From: Octopus sinensis | Taxonomy: Eukaryota | Length of the DNA stretch: 29,188 nt | Assembly (NCBI RefSeq): GCF_006345805.1 | Contig: NW_021833131.1 | Coordinates: 1-29,188, forward strand | Reading direction: 5' to 3' | Part shown: positions 1-11,300 of the stretch, piece by piece | How the letters are laid out: each line of letters opens with the position of its first letter | Position numbering within the stretch: the first letter of the stretch is position 1 | Position numbers and translations under genes: made by a program | The notes under the pieces: model-generated | The model's database searches: none | Seen by the model: the letters and a program-made list of their open reading frames with translations, nothing else | What the model was told of the DNA's origin: nothing

Positions 1-291
1 TTCCACTTGACAACCTCTTGTTCCAGAGTTTCAATGAAGATATTCTACGTCAGTAAATCTTCAAGACCTTGCTAAAAATCAAGAGGATTATTTCTGGTGG
101 ATGTTGTTTAGTTCAATTCCGTTTACATTTTATGAAATCTTGTTATTTACCTTAAACATTTATACTTAAACATGTCAATTATTATTATAAGATTTTCTTT
201 TTTTCTTTTAGTGAATATAAATTGATCCGCGTATCCATGACCTTAAAAATTCAATACGTGTATATCTGTGTATGTATACGTGGCTATGTTA

Positions 292-410
292 CCTGTGTGT
301 GTATATTCTTTGTGTCACTCATTGCGCCTGTGTGTGTGTATATCTTTGTGTCACTCAGTGCGCCTGTGTGCTGTGTATATCTTTGTGTCACTCAGTGCGC
401 CTTTGTGTGT
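292..410. repeat. Minisatellite, ~36-bp unit x ~3.3
   Basis: Unit CCTGTGTGTGTGTATATCTTTGTGTCACTCAGTGCG recurs starting at 292, 327, 363 and partially at 400 (periods 35-37 bp). Confidence 0.9.
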
Positions 411-963
411 GAATGCTTTAGCATTTATGTGAATACCTGTGTGCGTATATAAATGAGTCTGTCTGCATACATTTAGATGTGTGTGTGGTTAACATAAGCG
501 CTTCAAAATGAAGATTATCAAGTTGATCTTTTGTGATTACAAAACAAGCTTTTTTCCTAGTAAACTGACGGTTTTCTTTTATTTATGATTGCCTTTTCAT
601 TCGAAAATCACATACATGAATAGACGAATAAATATTTCTTATATTAATCTCCTTCTCCAACCTGGTAAACTTCAGAATTAAATCGTAAATTCTAACACGG
701 AATACAAATTTCAAACATGTTATCTTTCATAGAATAAACCAGAAAACATTAGAAATGCCGTGATATTTTTTTTAATAATTGTTGCAGCGTTCTAAAGTCA
801 CAATATTGTTTATAGGATAATCATGCATTACATTCAGTGATATTACAGGTCAATCGACCAGCGTGAATTATCGACCAAATTATACTACAAAGCGCACACT
901 ACTATCTTTAAGAATCGTGATTGTCGCAAGAGTATTGCCTTTGATTTTTGGTATACCTAGCTT

Positions 964-1178
964 GGCAAGCCGGCAGAATCATTAGCATGTCAGATAAAAT
1001 ACTTTGTGGCATTTCGTCCGCCTTTAACTCCAAAGTTCAGATAGCAGAGAGGTCGACTTTGCTTCTGATTGCTTCGAGGGCCGCTAAAATATGTACTAGT
1101 AGAAGCACTAGTCGATATAATCGACGTCCATTTCCCCTCATAAACTAACGGCTCGGTGCCGAAATTTGAAACCATTAT
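964..1178 (+). mobile_element. Degenerate family A (Meta-domain-like) tRNA-SINE
   Basis: GGCAAGCCGGCAGAATCATTAGC head, GAGGTCGACTTTGC core and tail ending GTGCCGAAATTTGAAACCATTATT align by eye to the better copies at 27402 and 21420. Confidence 0.7.
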
Positions 1179-2950
1179 TGGTATACTCAAACTCAGTCAG
1201 AACTACAATCAATATGTAAACAATAACAACATCGTGTGTCTCTTTCGAAGATTCTCATGTGATTTGAACTTAGAGCGTTTCAAATAAATACCAATTTTCA
1301 CAGCAGAAATGATATCGAAACGTAATGCATCAAAATACAACAGAATATGAAGGAGGAACACATCCTTCACTCGTCTGACTTATGTTGCTGGTAATCTCTC
1401 ACAATATTACGCGAAAATAATATCTTCGTACTTCATCGAAATCTCTGATATAACCTTTTCCTACCTACATAATTTTTCTGCACCTTTACTCTTCATGTAA
1501 AATCATGGTTTCTCTTCATCATGACTATTTTTCTTTCTTATCACCGTACCTCACTTCACTCCTATCGCTTCCTCTCTCTAACCTCAACATTTAATTCTCC
1601 TACGCCTCTTTGTCAAGGCGTTGTTGACTCGCAACATAACTGACTAAGTAATCATCAGATTAGAATTTAAATTTATCTTCATTATTTCTGTTCTTTATAA
1701 GTTGTCTTCATGGAGCTGCCGTTCTTCTTCTTATCCTGTTCTTAACTTTTCTCGCTATCTCTCTATTTCTATCCGTGTGTCCTCTGTTCCTTTAAACCTG
1801 TATATTTTTTAGCACTACTAGACGACTCACATGTGCTAAACTTCTCCTGATAATGAACTTGATGCAATGCTTCAACCGGACTGCTCACTGGTTACATACC
1901 TATGAAACTATGTGCATAACAGCTCTGAATTATGGTTATTACTTGACTCTTGACTTCTTGAAACAGCTGTCGAGATAAGACATCACATATATTCTATGGT
2001 CACTATATTCATCTTCATGTAAATACATGTGTCAAACTTAACTGTATTAATACCCCTCTCTCTCGTTCTATATATGCATGTACGTGTGTCTATGTGTGTG
2101 TATCTGTTTCAGTTTATACGTGTGCGTGTGTTTGTATGCATGTGTGTTTGTGTGTGTGTGTAACTGTGTCTCTGTGACTATCTCTGCGTGTGTGCCTGTC
2201 TGTGTGTGTGTGTTTCCTTGTGTTTTCAGATATGTATATATGTATGTATCATACGGAGAGAAGTTTTCATTCGATGCTGAACGAATTGCGTTTCGATGAA
2301 ACGAAGAATTATTTTGGAAAAACAATTACAAACAAATAGCCTCGCAATGCATTTATCGTTTTCCAATGACGTTATATTGTGATGACTGCAATACAGTGCT
2401 CTGTCCATCATTTGCTTAAAGCTAACTTCGTTGAACTGGTCTAACAATCTTATTCCCTACCGTCTGTCTGTCACAAATTCTGTAGCTAATCTGTATCTTA
2501 TATAAATGCTAGTTTATAACTAGCCGGTTTCAGTTCATTAGCTCTCGGTGTTTTTTAATATAATATAACGTCTGATTAATCCCAAAGGTCTGTCATAAAC
2601 ACAGAGAAAAAATATTATATTATTTTAGGTTTATTGACGAGCATCATGGAAGTGTATTAAAATAGGCCGTATTCATAACAGCAAGTAGACTCCAAAGAAA
2701 CGTTTCTGTCCTGTGGCTTGCAAACTAATTGAAACGTCGCTAATGTCTTCGAAAGTTTACATAAATACAAGTTTCTGAAGTCCTCGCTTACATTCGTTCA
2801 GTCTTTGTGAACTCATGTTTCGTTCTTTGAGACATTTAAAGACAGACGTGTTAAACAACCATAAATTTTTATGGATATTTTATTTTATGAAATCACTTGC
2901 TTTTTACATGAACGAGTAACTAACTTAGTGTTATTTCACCCTACCTTTGC

Positions 2951-3084
2951 GCGCCGGGCGAAATGCTTAGCGGTATTTCATCTGCCGCTACGTTCTGAGT
3001 TCAAATACCTCCGAGGTCGACTTTGCTTTTCATCCTTTCGGGGTCGATAACTTAAGTACCAGTTACGCACTGGGGTCGATATAA
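2951..3084 (+). mobile_element. Family A SINE, truncated
   Basis: Contains B-box-like GAGTTCAAAT and core GAGGTCGACTTTGCTTTTCATCCTTTCGGGGTCGATAACTTAAGTACCAGTTACGCACTGGGGTCGAT; lacks the first ~25 bp and the tail. Confidence 0.9.
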
Positions 3085-3434
3085 TTCTCATGTGAGCATA
3101 GGATACCGGTATTATTTTATGCATTTCTTAATACAGCATTTACTTATGCTTTATTGGATTCTACACGTTTTATAAATATCCAGAAAAATAATTTCCCCTT
3201 CATGAAGATAAATGGACATCAACTGATTTAAAATATTTGTCGGTACACATTCGTATAGCAGTATATGGTACTGGTATAGGTAGGTCAAGCCACGCTTGCC
3301 TGAGTATTTGTGTATATACGAGTGTAAGGTAGTTGAGATTACGAGGCAGTGATATTCTGTCTTCGGATTGGTTTCTATCCCAAGCATTACTATTCACAAA
3401 TGATTTTACACGCGCGCACGCACACGTACAGACA

Positions 3435-3850
3435 AGTGTACTTAGAAGCATGATTGCCAACCACATGGTTCCTAGTTTAGCCCCTCAGCGTGGCATCTTG
3501 GGTAAATGTCACCTACTATAGTATCGGACCGACCAAAACCTTGTGAGTAGATTTCTAAGAAGGAAACTGAAAGAAACCCGTAGGTATATATAGATATATA
3601 TATATATATAATATATATATATATGTGATATATCTATGGGTGTGTCTCTCTGTGTTTGTGTTTGTCAACCACCATCGCTTGACAACAGATTTTAGTGTGT
3701 TCACGTTCCAGTAACCTAGCGGTTCGACAGCGGACCCGATCGAGTATATATCAGGCTTTAAAAATATGTCCCGGGTGCAATTTATTCTTTAAAAGCTCTC
3801 CAATGTGATGTCCCAGCATGGCCACAGCCAAATACCTGAAAAATAAAAGA
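3435..3850 (+). mobile_element. Family B (CORE-like) tRNA-SINE, diverged
   Basis: CCAACCACATGGTTCC...GTGGCATCTTGGGTAAATG head/CORE, internal (TA)n at ~3587-3625, 3' end CCAGCATGGCCACAGCCAAATACCTGAAAAATAAAAGA; homologous to 13792-14204. Confidence 0.85.
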
Positions 3851-3998
3851 TATATACATGTACATGTTATATTTATATATTTATATATGTATATATACAT
3901 ACATATATATATACATATGTATATATGTATGAGTGTATATATATATATATATATTATATATATATATATATACGTATATGTGTAAATATATGAACATG

Positions 3999-4043
<45 letters not shown>

Positions 4044-4105
4044 CTTATGTCATCCACGCTACAATCGTAAGCACGGGCACACACACACACACCACACAAA
4101 CACAC
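3850..4105. repeat. Compound (TA)n/(TG)n/(CA)n microsatellite
   Basis: Directly visible dinucleotide runs. Confidence 0.9.
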
Positions 4106-4195
4106 ACACTCATACACATCTACAGAGAGTTGAGAAGGTCAGTGCATATTGCTCTGACAAATAATTCCACCGTTTATCCTACAATTCTTTTTCAG

Positions 4196-4270
4196 ATCAT
4201 GTCAATAATTTGTGGACTTCAATCTGTTGTATTCTTGACAATTCTGTGGATATTGAGGCGAGTGTCAAAT
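4196..4270 (+). CDS. Candidate 75-nt exon (unidentified)
   Basis: Acceptor ATTCTTTTTCAG| at 4195 and donor |GTAAGA at 4271. Two open frames: MSIICGLQSVVFLTILWILRRVSN (ATG at 4199, phase-0 end) or xHVNNLWTSICCILDNSVDIEASVK (phase 1-1). No homology recognised. Confidence 0.3.
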
Positions 4271-4555
4271 GTAAGAGGATTAATGCTTACTCAGTGTTGG
4301 GTGATTTAGAGTTTGATATTGGTTTGATGGAATATTGATATAGGAGGAATGGCGGATGCACGATGTATATGCGGATAGCGAACCAGTCAGAATATATATA
4401 TGAGCATTACAACATTTGTTAGCTTTCAGTGCCAATCAATATTGTGTAGTAAACCATAGCTTCCATCTGCAACAAAGAATGTAACAAACTCAAATACGTC
4501 AAGCTTGTTACTCTGATGTGGATGGATTACCTTAAATGAATATGTGTACTTCTAC

Positions 4556-5166
4556 TTGGAATCATTTAATTTCTTTATTACCCACAAGGGGCTAAAACAG
4601 AGGGGACAAACAAGGACAGACAAACGGATTAAGTAGATTATATCGACACCAGTGCGTAACTGATACTTAATTTATCGACACCAAAAGGATGAAAGGCAAA
4701 GTCGACCTCCGAAGAATTTGAACTCAGAACGTAAGGGCAGACGAAATACCTATTTCTTTATTGCCCACAAGGGACTAAACACAGAGAAGACAAACAAGGA
4801 CAGACAAACGGATTAAGTCGATTACATCGACACCAGTGCGTCACTGGTACTTAATTTATCGACCCCGAAAGGATGAAAGGCAAAGTCGACCACGGAAGAA
4901 TTTGAACTCAGAAAGTAAGGGCAGACGAAATACCTATGTCTTTATTGCCCACAAGGGGTTAAACATAGAGGGGACAAGCAAGGACAGACAAACGGATTAA
5001 GTCGATTATATCGACACCAGTGCGTCACTGGTACTTAATTAATCGACCCCGAAAGGATGAAAGGCAAAGTCGACCTCGGCGGAATTTGAACTCAGAACGT
5101 AACTGCAGACGAAATACGGCTACGCATTTTGCCCGGCGTGCTAACGTTTCTGCCAGCTCACCGCCT
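4556..5166 (-). mobile_element. Family A SINE tandem trimer with 13-bp target-site duplication
   Basis: Three units start at 4569, 4752 and 4936 (period 183-184 bp). Only the last carries the tRNA-like head (rc AAGGCGGTGAGCTGGCAGAAACGTTAGC). Flanked by TGTGTACTTCTAC at 4543-4555 and 5167-5179. Confidence 0.95.
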
Positions 5167-5574
5167 TGTGTACTTCTACATGAAGTAATTTACTTAAACC
5201 GTCAGCCATAAGCGACATTTGCAATTAAGCTACAGCTGACCATAAATGCCACCGCAAAGTTCTAGCTGCATAACATAATGAGCTGAATCCAAATGCTCGT
5301 TTAATTTAGAGTATTTTAACAAGATCCAAGGACATCGCTGAAAAGATAATAAGTTATTCCTACAAATAAAGCGTTTCTTACATGAGTGTAAATGCATGTA
5401 TTAATTTAAAATAGGGATTAACACATTTGACACGAATAGGCTACATCTGAATTAAGTTATAAATCAGTGACACGCATTCGGTTAGTGTTGTAATTAAAGT
5501 TGCTGGCGGTCGTTGACATAATGCCGTATGCACGTATGCACTTTCACATATACACATACATAAACGGGTGCTGC

Positions 5575-5603
5575 TGTATGCACGCACACACACACACACA
5601 CAG

Positions 5604-5657
<54 letters not shown>

Positions 5658-5765
5658 ATGTAGAGATAGGTATATATATACAATTTAATAAATAAAACAT
5701 ATGCATACATACATACATATATGTACATACCTACATCTATATGTATATATATACATGCATATATG
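5575..5765. repeat. Compound (CA)n/(TA)n/(TG)n/(TATG)n microsatellite
   Basis: Directly visible. Confidence 0.9.
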
Positions 5766-6074
5766 GGTACAGGACACCACAAATAAACGTAGAACACAAC
5801 GAGAAACGAAAACATAAAATCAAACGAGGAAACGGACTTTTTTTAACAACGAAAAAACAGAGTACAAAACAATCAATACAAGGAACATTCCCCTTCTTCA
5901 GATGCCCCTGTTTCTACTAAATACGTGTTTCGAAGGTAAGGGCAATAACACGGCCACGCCGAAGCAGTCCTTCCCGCAAAATGAATTAAATAAAATCCTC
6001 TGCTGACAGTTCAGAAATGAAATGTCTTGTTTTCCTTATACAACCCGTGTATTACTTTTCAACATCTTCATTGC

Positions 6075-6104
6075 ATATATATATATATATAATTACTAAT
6101 ATAT

Positions 6105-6163
<59 letters not shown>
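6075..6163. repeat. (TA)n microsatellite
   Basis: Directly visible. Confidence 0.9.
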
Positions 6164-6165
<2 letters not shown>

Positions 6166-6330
6166 TAGGGAATAATCCAAATTTACAGGGAAAAAATCAG
6201 ATTTAGGATTAAATCCAATTTTATAGTAAAATATTATAAAATATTATTAGAGACAAAACCACTATTTTGCAAAACAAACAAGGAAAGACTTAATCAATAC
6301 ATAAAATTTTAATAAATAGTCAAAAAACCG

Positions 6331-6380
6331 CCACTACATTTGTTTCTTCTTGTCTTGATTGATCGACAATCTTCAGGTGG
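6331..6380 (-). ncRNA. Degenerate hammerhead motif (antisense copy in left arm)
   Basis: rc CCAC-CTGAAGA-TTGTC[GATCAATCAA]GACAA-GAA-GAAA-C[AAAT]G-TA-GTGG. It has a 3-nt insertion before GAAA, a 4-nt loop II insertion and a broken stem III palindrome. Confidence 0.55.
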
Positions 6381-6414
6381 ACTTCCAATAATTTGAAACT
6401 GACTTATTGGAAGT

Positions 6415-6457
6415 CCACCTGAAGATTGTCGATCAAGACAAGAAACAATTGTAGTGG
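6415..6457 (+). ncRNA. Minimal type I hammerhead ribozyme motif
   Basis: CCAC-CTGAAGA-TTGTC[GATCAA]GACAA-GAAA-C[AATT]G-TA-GTGG. Stem I is CCAC/GTGG, the core is CUGANGA, stem II has 5 bp, then GAAA, a palindromic stem III (ACAATTGT) and a GUA cleavage triplet (cut after 6453). Confidence 0.75.
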
Positions 6458-6539
6458 CGGTTTTTTTTACTATTTATTAAAATTTTATGTATTGATTAAG
6501 TCTTTCCTTGTTTGTTTTTGCAAAATAGTGGTTTTGTCT

Positions 6540-6680
6540 CTATATATATATTTTAATATATATATATATATACAGACATCTATCTATCTATACCATTTAT
6601 GTATCTATCTATCTATCTTCTCTCTGGTCTCTCTCTCTTTATATATATATATTATATATATTATATATATATATATACAC
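6540..6680. repeat. (TA)n/(TCTA)n/(TC)n compound microsatellite
   Basis: Directly visible. Confidence 0.85.
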
Positions 6681-6914
6681 AAATTAGTAAATAAATGGCA
6701 CAACAAGTACCGATATTTACTGGAAATAGCAAACGTAAAATACGACGCTAAAGTGTAGCTTCACCGCGTATGTAATTAATGTAATTAATGTATTTATAAC
6801 TATTTGTGTATTTTTCCCTCACGGGCTACTTTTTACTGGAAGGCAATACTTTGTATTGCATTACTGATATTATATATATATGATATATATATATTATATA
6901 TATATATATATATA

Positions 6915-6960
6915 ATGGTTCTCCAACATAGCCTAAGTCAAATGAATGAAACAAGTAGGA
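6915..6960 (+). mobile_element. Family B SINE 3'-tail remnant
   Basis: GGTTCTCCAACATAGCCTAAGTCAAATGAATGAAACAAGTAGGA resembles GGTGCTCCAGCATGGCCACAGTCAAATGACCGAAACAAGTAAAAGA at 28660-28705. Confidence 0.55.
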
Positions 6961-7167
6961 CACGTATACATATATATGTTGTGTGTGTGTGTATATGATA
7001 TAGGTACACACATAAATATGTATATATATCTCGTACATATATTATATATATATATCATATATATAATATATACATATATATACATATATGTGTGTGTGTG
7101 TATACATATAATAGAGAGAATAAGAATGAGAAAGAGAGTGACAATGAGAGAGGGAAGAGAGAGTAAG

Positions 7168-7210
<43 letters not shown>
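6960..7210. repeat. (TA)n/(TG)n then (GA)n microsatellites
   Basis: Directly visible; pure (GA)n at ~7169-7210. Confidence 0.9.
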
Positions 7211-7213
<3 letters not shown>

Positions 7214-8440
7214 GTTGTATGACAGCGCCCCAGCATTTCTTTCAGCTAATCGGTTACAGATTAAAAGAAAAAAAAAAAAACAGTGCAGAATTAGAGTGTA
7301 TCTTTATTTTTTCTCACGAGCTTTTCGTCCGTCTGTCTGTTTCTCTATCTCTACCCATGACTCACTTCCTGTCTGACGTTTTTCGCATGTATTCATATTA
7401 CGCCACACACACACACAAACCCCACCACCCCGCATACTCACTCACACAAACATACTCATTAAATATATTTCTCTTCTCATAACAAAATATGAAGTTTCTA
7501 CTTCAGTAGCAGACACTGATTGGTCTATTCCTCATGTCACAACTCATTCGTCCCCAACGTCTCAAGCGACAATTTTCCGTTCTTTATTAGAAATAAAATA
7601 TTCATTTTTTTACTAATTCAATCATTCTGTCATTCACTCTCAATTTACCAGAGTTGTTACAAACCTTAAATTATCTCCACGCTCAGCTTCTCTGAGTTTG
7701 CCTCACCTATCCCTCGGAGCGTTCGCTGATGAAGCAACTAAGGGTTTCGTTGTCAAATAAATGACTTCACCTTCGCCCTTTCAACCAATACGCCATTATT
7801 ATCCCTTTTCCTCGTAGTCATTACACACACCTAAAACAGCACAAATATTTTAATATTCTTAGAAGGAAAAACAGAAAACTGTTTTCTTTTTCCGAATATA
7901 CACAACTTTAAAAAGCAAGTTATCAGTTTTGACTACATTAACTGTATTTATCTCTGACATAAACAGAAAATAAATTTAGAAAGATCCTTTCCGGGAATAT
8001 AACACTTGAAAAGTCAATTTATCCTATCGAGACAAATAAGAGACATTTGAAAGAATTAAAACGTAAACATTCCATATACATATAAATTATATAACGAAAG
8101 AAGCGATGAAATTACGTGCATTTTATCTAGATATGAAAACCTCAAACCAACGTACTAATGGCACGCTTCTGTAGAATTTAAAAAAATGCGGGCGACCCCA
8201 GTATAAATCGGAATACAGAAACAGACTGTTTAAATTGGTTAAAAATGTTCATGATTACGGATTCAGAGTGACTGAAGGAACCTTTAACCCTTATATTTTA
8301 GTATCGATAATTCAAATGCTGACACAAACACTAAGCGCGCATTTAAGAGAAACAATATAAAAATGGAATGTCTGTTTTATTAGAACTTTTAATAACAAAT
8401 TGTAGGACATAATACACAATATTTGTGCATATATAATATT

Positions 8441-8836
8441 CTTTTCTACTCTAAGGCACAAGGCTCGAAACTTTGGGGGAGGGGGCCAGTCGATTAGAGC
8501 GACCCCAGTGTACAACTGGTACTTAATTTAGCGACCCCGAAAGGATGAAAGGCAAAGTCGATCTCGGCGGAATTTCAACTCAGAACATAAAGACAGGCGA
8601 AATATCTATTTCTTTACAACTCACAAGGGGCTAAAAACAGAGAGGACAAACAAGGACAGACAAAGGGATTAAGTCGATTACCTCGACCCCAGTGCGCAAC
8701 TGGTACTTATTTAATCGACCCCGAAAGGATGAAAGGCAAAGTCGACCTCAGCGGAATTTGAACAACGTAACGGCAGACGAAATACGGCTATGCATTTCGC
8801 CCGGCGTGCTACCGTTTCTGCCTGCTCGCCGCCTTA
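8441..8836 (-). mobile_element. Family A SINE heterodimer (head-core-tailA-core-tailB)
   Basis: Two core domains. The junction CGAAATATCT|ATTTCTTT lies at ~8607, and the distal unit ends in the GGCCCCCTCCCCCAAAGTTTCGAGCCTTGTGCC-type tail. Flanked by ATATATAATATT at 8429-8440 and 8841-8852 (candidate TSD). Confidence 0.92.
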
Positions 8837-10215
8837 GCGTATATATAATATTAGTATATGAATAATAATATTAATGTATAATATTCATATCTGGTATTTA
8901 GGAGAATATTGTCATGGCTCCTCGAGCTTTTAAAGGTAGTAAAATATTCTTCAGAGACATTCTGTTGCGGTTTACGCGTGTTTCTCTTAAAGCGACAAAG
9001 TGATTTGAAGGAAACTTAAGTGTATGTTTAGTTGGGGTGAGTAACTATATAATCAAAAGTGATAGACTATCGCTTAGTTAAACTAGTTTCATTTAAAAGC
9101 TTTCCCAGAAAGGACTGTACTTGCAATTTCCTTATCTGCTTTTATCTATGTCTACTTCGACTTTAGCGGGATACTGCACGTTACATAACATCTATTGTTT
9201 GCATTTTGCATTCTGTTATTACTATCTATTTAAGATTCTAATCAGTGTTTCTCTATTATATGTTCCTCTTGCTTTCCCTTCAACCTCTCAACTGCGCGCG
9301 CTACCTTCGTCTCCCCTCCATCAAAACGCAAGTCCACACACACATTATTCGTTTCAAAAACGATTATCTCATCCCAGCACCCTCCCATCATTGTACGCCT
9401 ACAGACTCCCGAGATGTCACACTCACTCCCGTCCAAACCACGCCCAAACACACACACATCCCCCCATGTTATCTCTGTATACGAATATCCTCTTATATGT
9501 GCACCCACAGCGCCACTGCTGCGCGTTTCCTTTCCACAGATAGCACTGTATTCCCACTTGGCCTCTAATTACATCTTATTTTTCTTTCTGTTCCAACCGA
9601 CTTTTCACATTCACTCTTCTCTGTATTTTTTCGATTGTAAACTATTTTGCAGATTGAGGACCAACCTTCGAGACATCAAGACCGTTTCTTTTCTAACTAA
9701 TACATTGAAATTGAACCGCAAAAGCTTCTTAACACAGAGATGCACACACAGGTACATACATATATTCATTTATTTACATAGGTTTATTTATACACATACA
9801 CACACATGCACGCATACACACACACACACGCACACAAACACACACACACATATTTATGTATAACCCCACTTACAAATGGATGTGTTGCAAAACAAAATTC
9901 TGCTTTCTTGACCATGAGAAAACCCCTTATATGGGATTGTGGTACATATTAGCACTCATGTTTATTTCTTTAGCGGGAGATAATGGTCCGGACATCTACC
10001 ACTGACAAGATGAAGGAAGGCAGAAATTATTTGGTCTTGTAGTTTGAAGAGTGGAAGCGGACGATAGTTTTCCGGTAGCGATATCAAACACCAGTGATTG
10101 TATCCACATTAGTCCATATGGGAGGAATTCGCATTGTAAATAGCGTTGCATTGTCTTTTAACACAACATCAAATTTTAAATAGGGATATATAATACTGCT
10201 TCCGTCCCAACTAAT

Positions 10216-10261
<46 letters not shown>

Positions 10262-10291
10262 CATCTATCTATCTATCTATCTATCTGTCTG

Positions 10292-10330
<39 letters not shown>

Positions 10331-10341
10331 TATCTATCTAG

Positions 10342-10384
<43 letters not shown>

Positions 10385-10474
10385 CTATCTATCTATCTAC
10401 TACCTCCTACCTACTACCTACCTACCTACCTACCTATCCTATCTATCTATCTATTTATCTATCTATCTATCTAC

Positions 10475-10505
<31 letters not shown>

Positions 10506-10538
10506 CCTATCTATCTATCTATCTACCTATCTATCTAT
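10216..10538. repeat. (TCTA)n tetranucleotide array with CCTA variants
   Basis: Directly visible, ~320 bp. Confidence 0.95.
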
Positions 10539-10670
10539 AATAATATTAATAATGATAATACAATAATAATAATATAATAATAATAATGATACTTATATAT
10601 ATATAAATATATATATATATACATATACATATATATATATACATATATACATTATATATATGTGTGTATA

Positions 10671-10712
<42 letters not shown>

Positions 10713-10755
10713 CACACATGCACACAACACACACACACACACACACACACACACT
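10538..10755. repeat. (AAT)n, (TA)n and (CA)n microsatellites
   Basis: Directly visible. Confidence 0.9.
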
Positions 10756-11019
10756 ATCATAGCAGAAACAGTAGGCTTGTAAAACGCAGTTGTTTATGTC
10801 ACTTGTCATCGTCGACCTATCACATATCTGTGACCAAAATGCCAAGACAATGACTCAAATGCGACAAAAAGCATTTGCGTTTCATAATACCCCGGGTATC
10901 AGACAGGTTTGCGGAACGGCTGACTGAATTCAATAAATTATATGTTTTAGCAACTTTACTCTGTTATTGATTACTCATTCTTTTGTTCTTTACTATGAAT
11001 ATATGCATATACATTAATA

Positions 11020-11081
11020 TGTCTATCTATCTATCTACCTATCCTTTCTATGTATCTATCTATCTATCTATCTATCTATCT

Positions 11082-11139
<58 letters not shown>

Positions 11140-11172
11140 AATATATCTATCTATCTATATATATATATATAT

Positions 11173-11203
<31 letters not shown>

Positions 11204-11240
11204 AATATATCTATCTATCTATCTATATATATAATATATA

Positions 11241-11279
<39 letters not shown>

Positions 11280-11300
11280 GATATATATATATGTATATAT
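11020..11300. repeat. (TCTA)n/(TA)n compound microsatellite
   Basis: Directly visible. Confidence 0.9.

Larger units (their letters stand above)
6164..6542. mobile_element. Palindromic (foldback) element, probable Penelope-like pseudo-LTR relic
   Basis: Inverted arms 6248-6391 and 6404-6542 (~140 bp, few differences) around a 12-nt spacer TTTGAAACTGAC. Each arm carries a hammerhead-like core. Sits between (TA)n runs. The Penelope assignment is inferred from the known association of minimal hammerheads with PLE pLTRs. Confidence 0.7.

Noticed and set aside
4556-5166. Regularly spaced repeats suggestive of a CRISPR array
   Set aside because: These are ~184-bp SINE units with no unique spacers, in eukaryotic DNA without cas genes.
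5885-5945. Hammerhead half-motifs on the - strand (CGAAACACGTA followed by CTGAAGA)
   Set aside because: The motifs are in permuted order and stems I and II do not form convincingly. It may be a decayed Penelope-type relic (5762-5990), but a ribozyme cannot be supported.
8284-8292. TTAACCCTT, piggyBac-like terminus
   Set aside because: Too short, and no matching AAGGGTTAA end was found.
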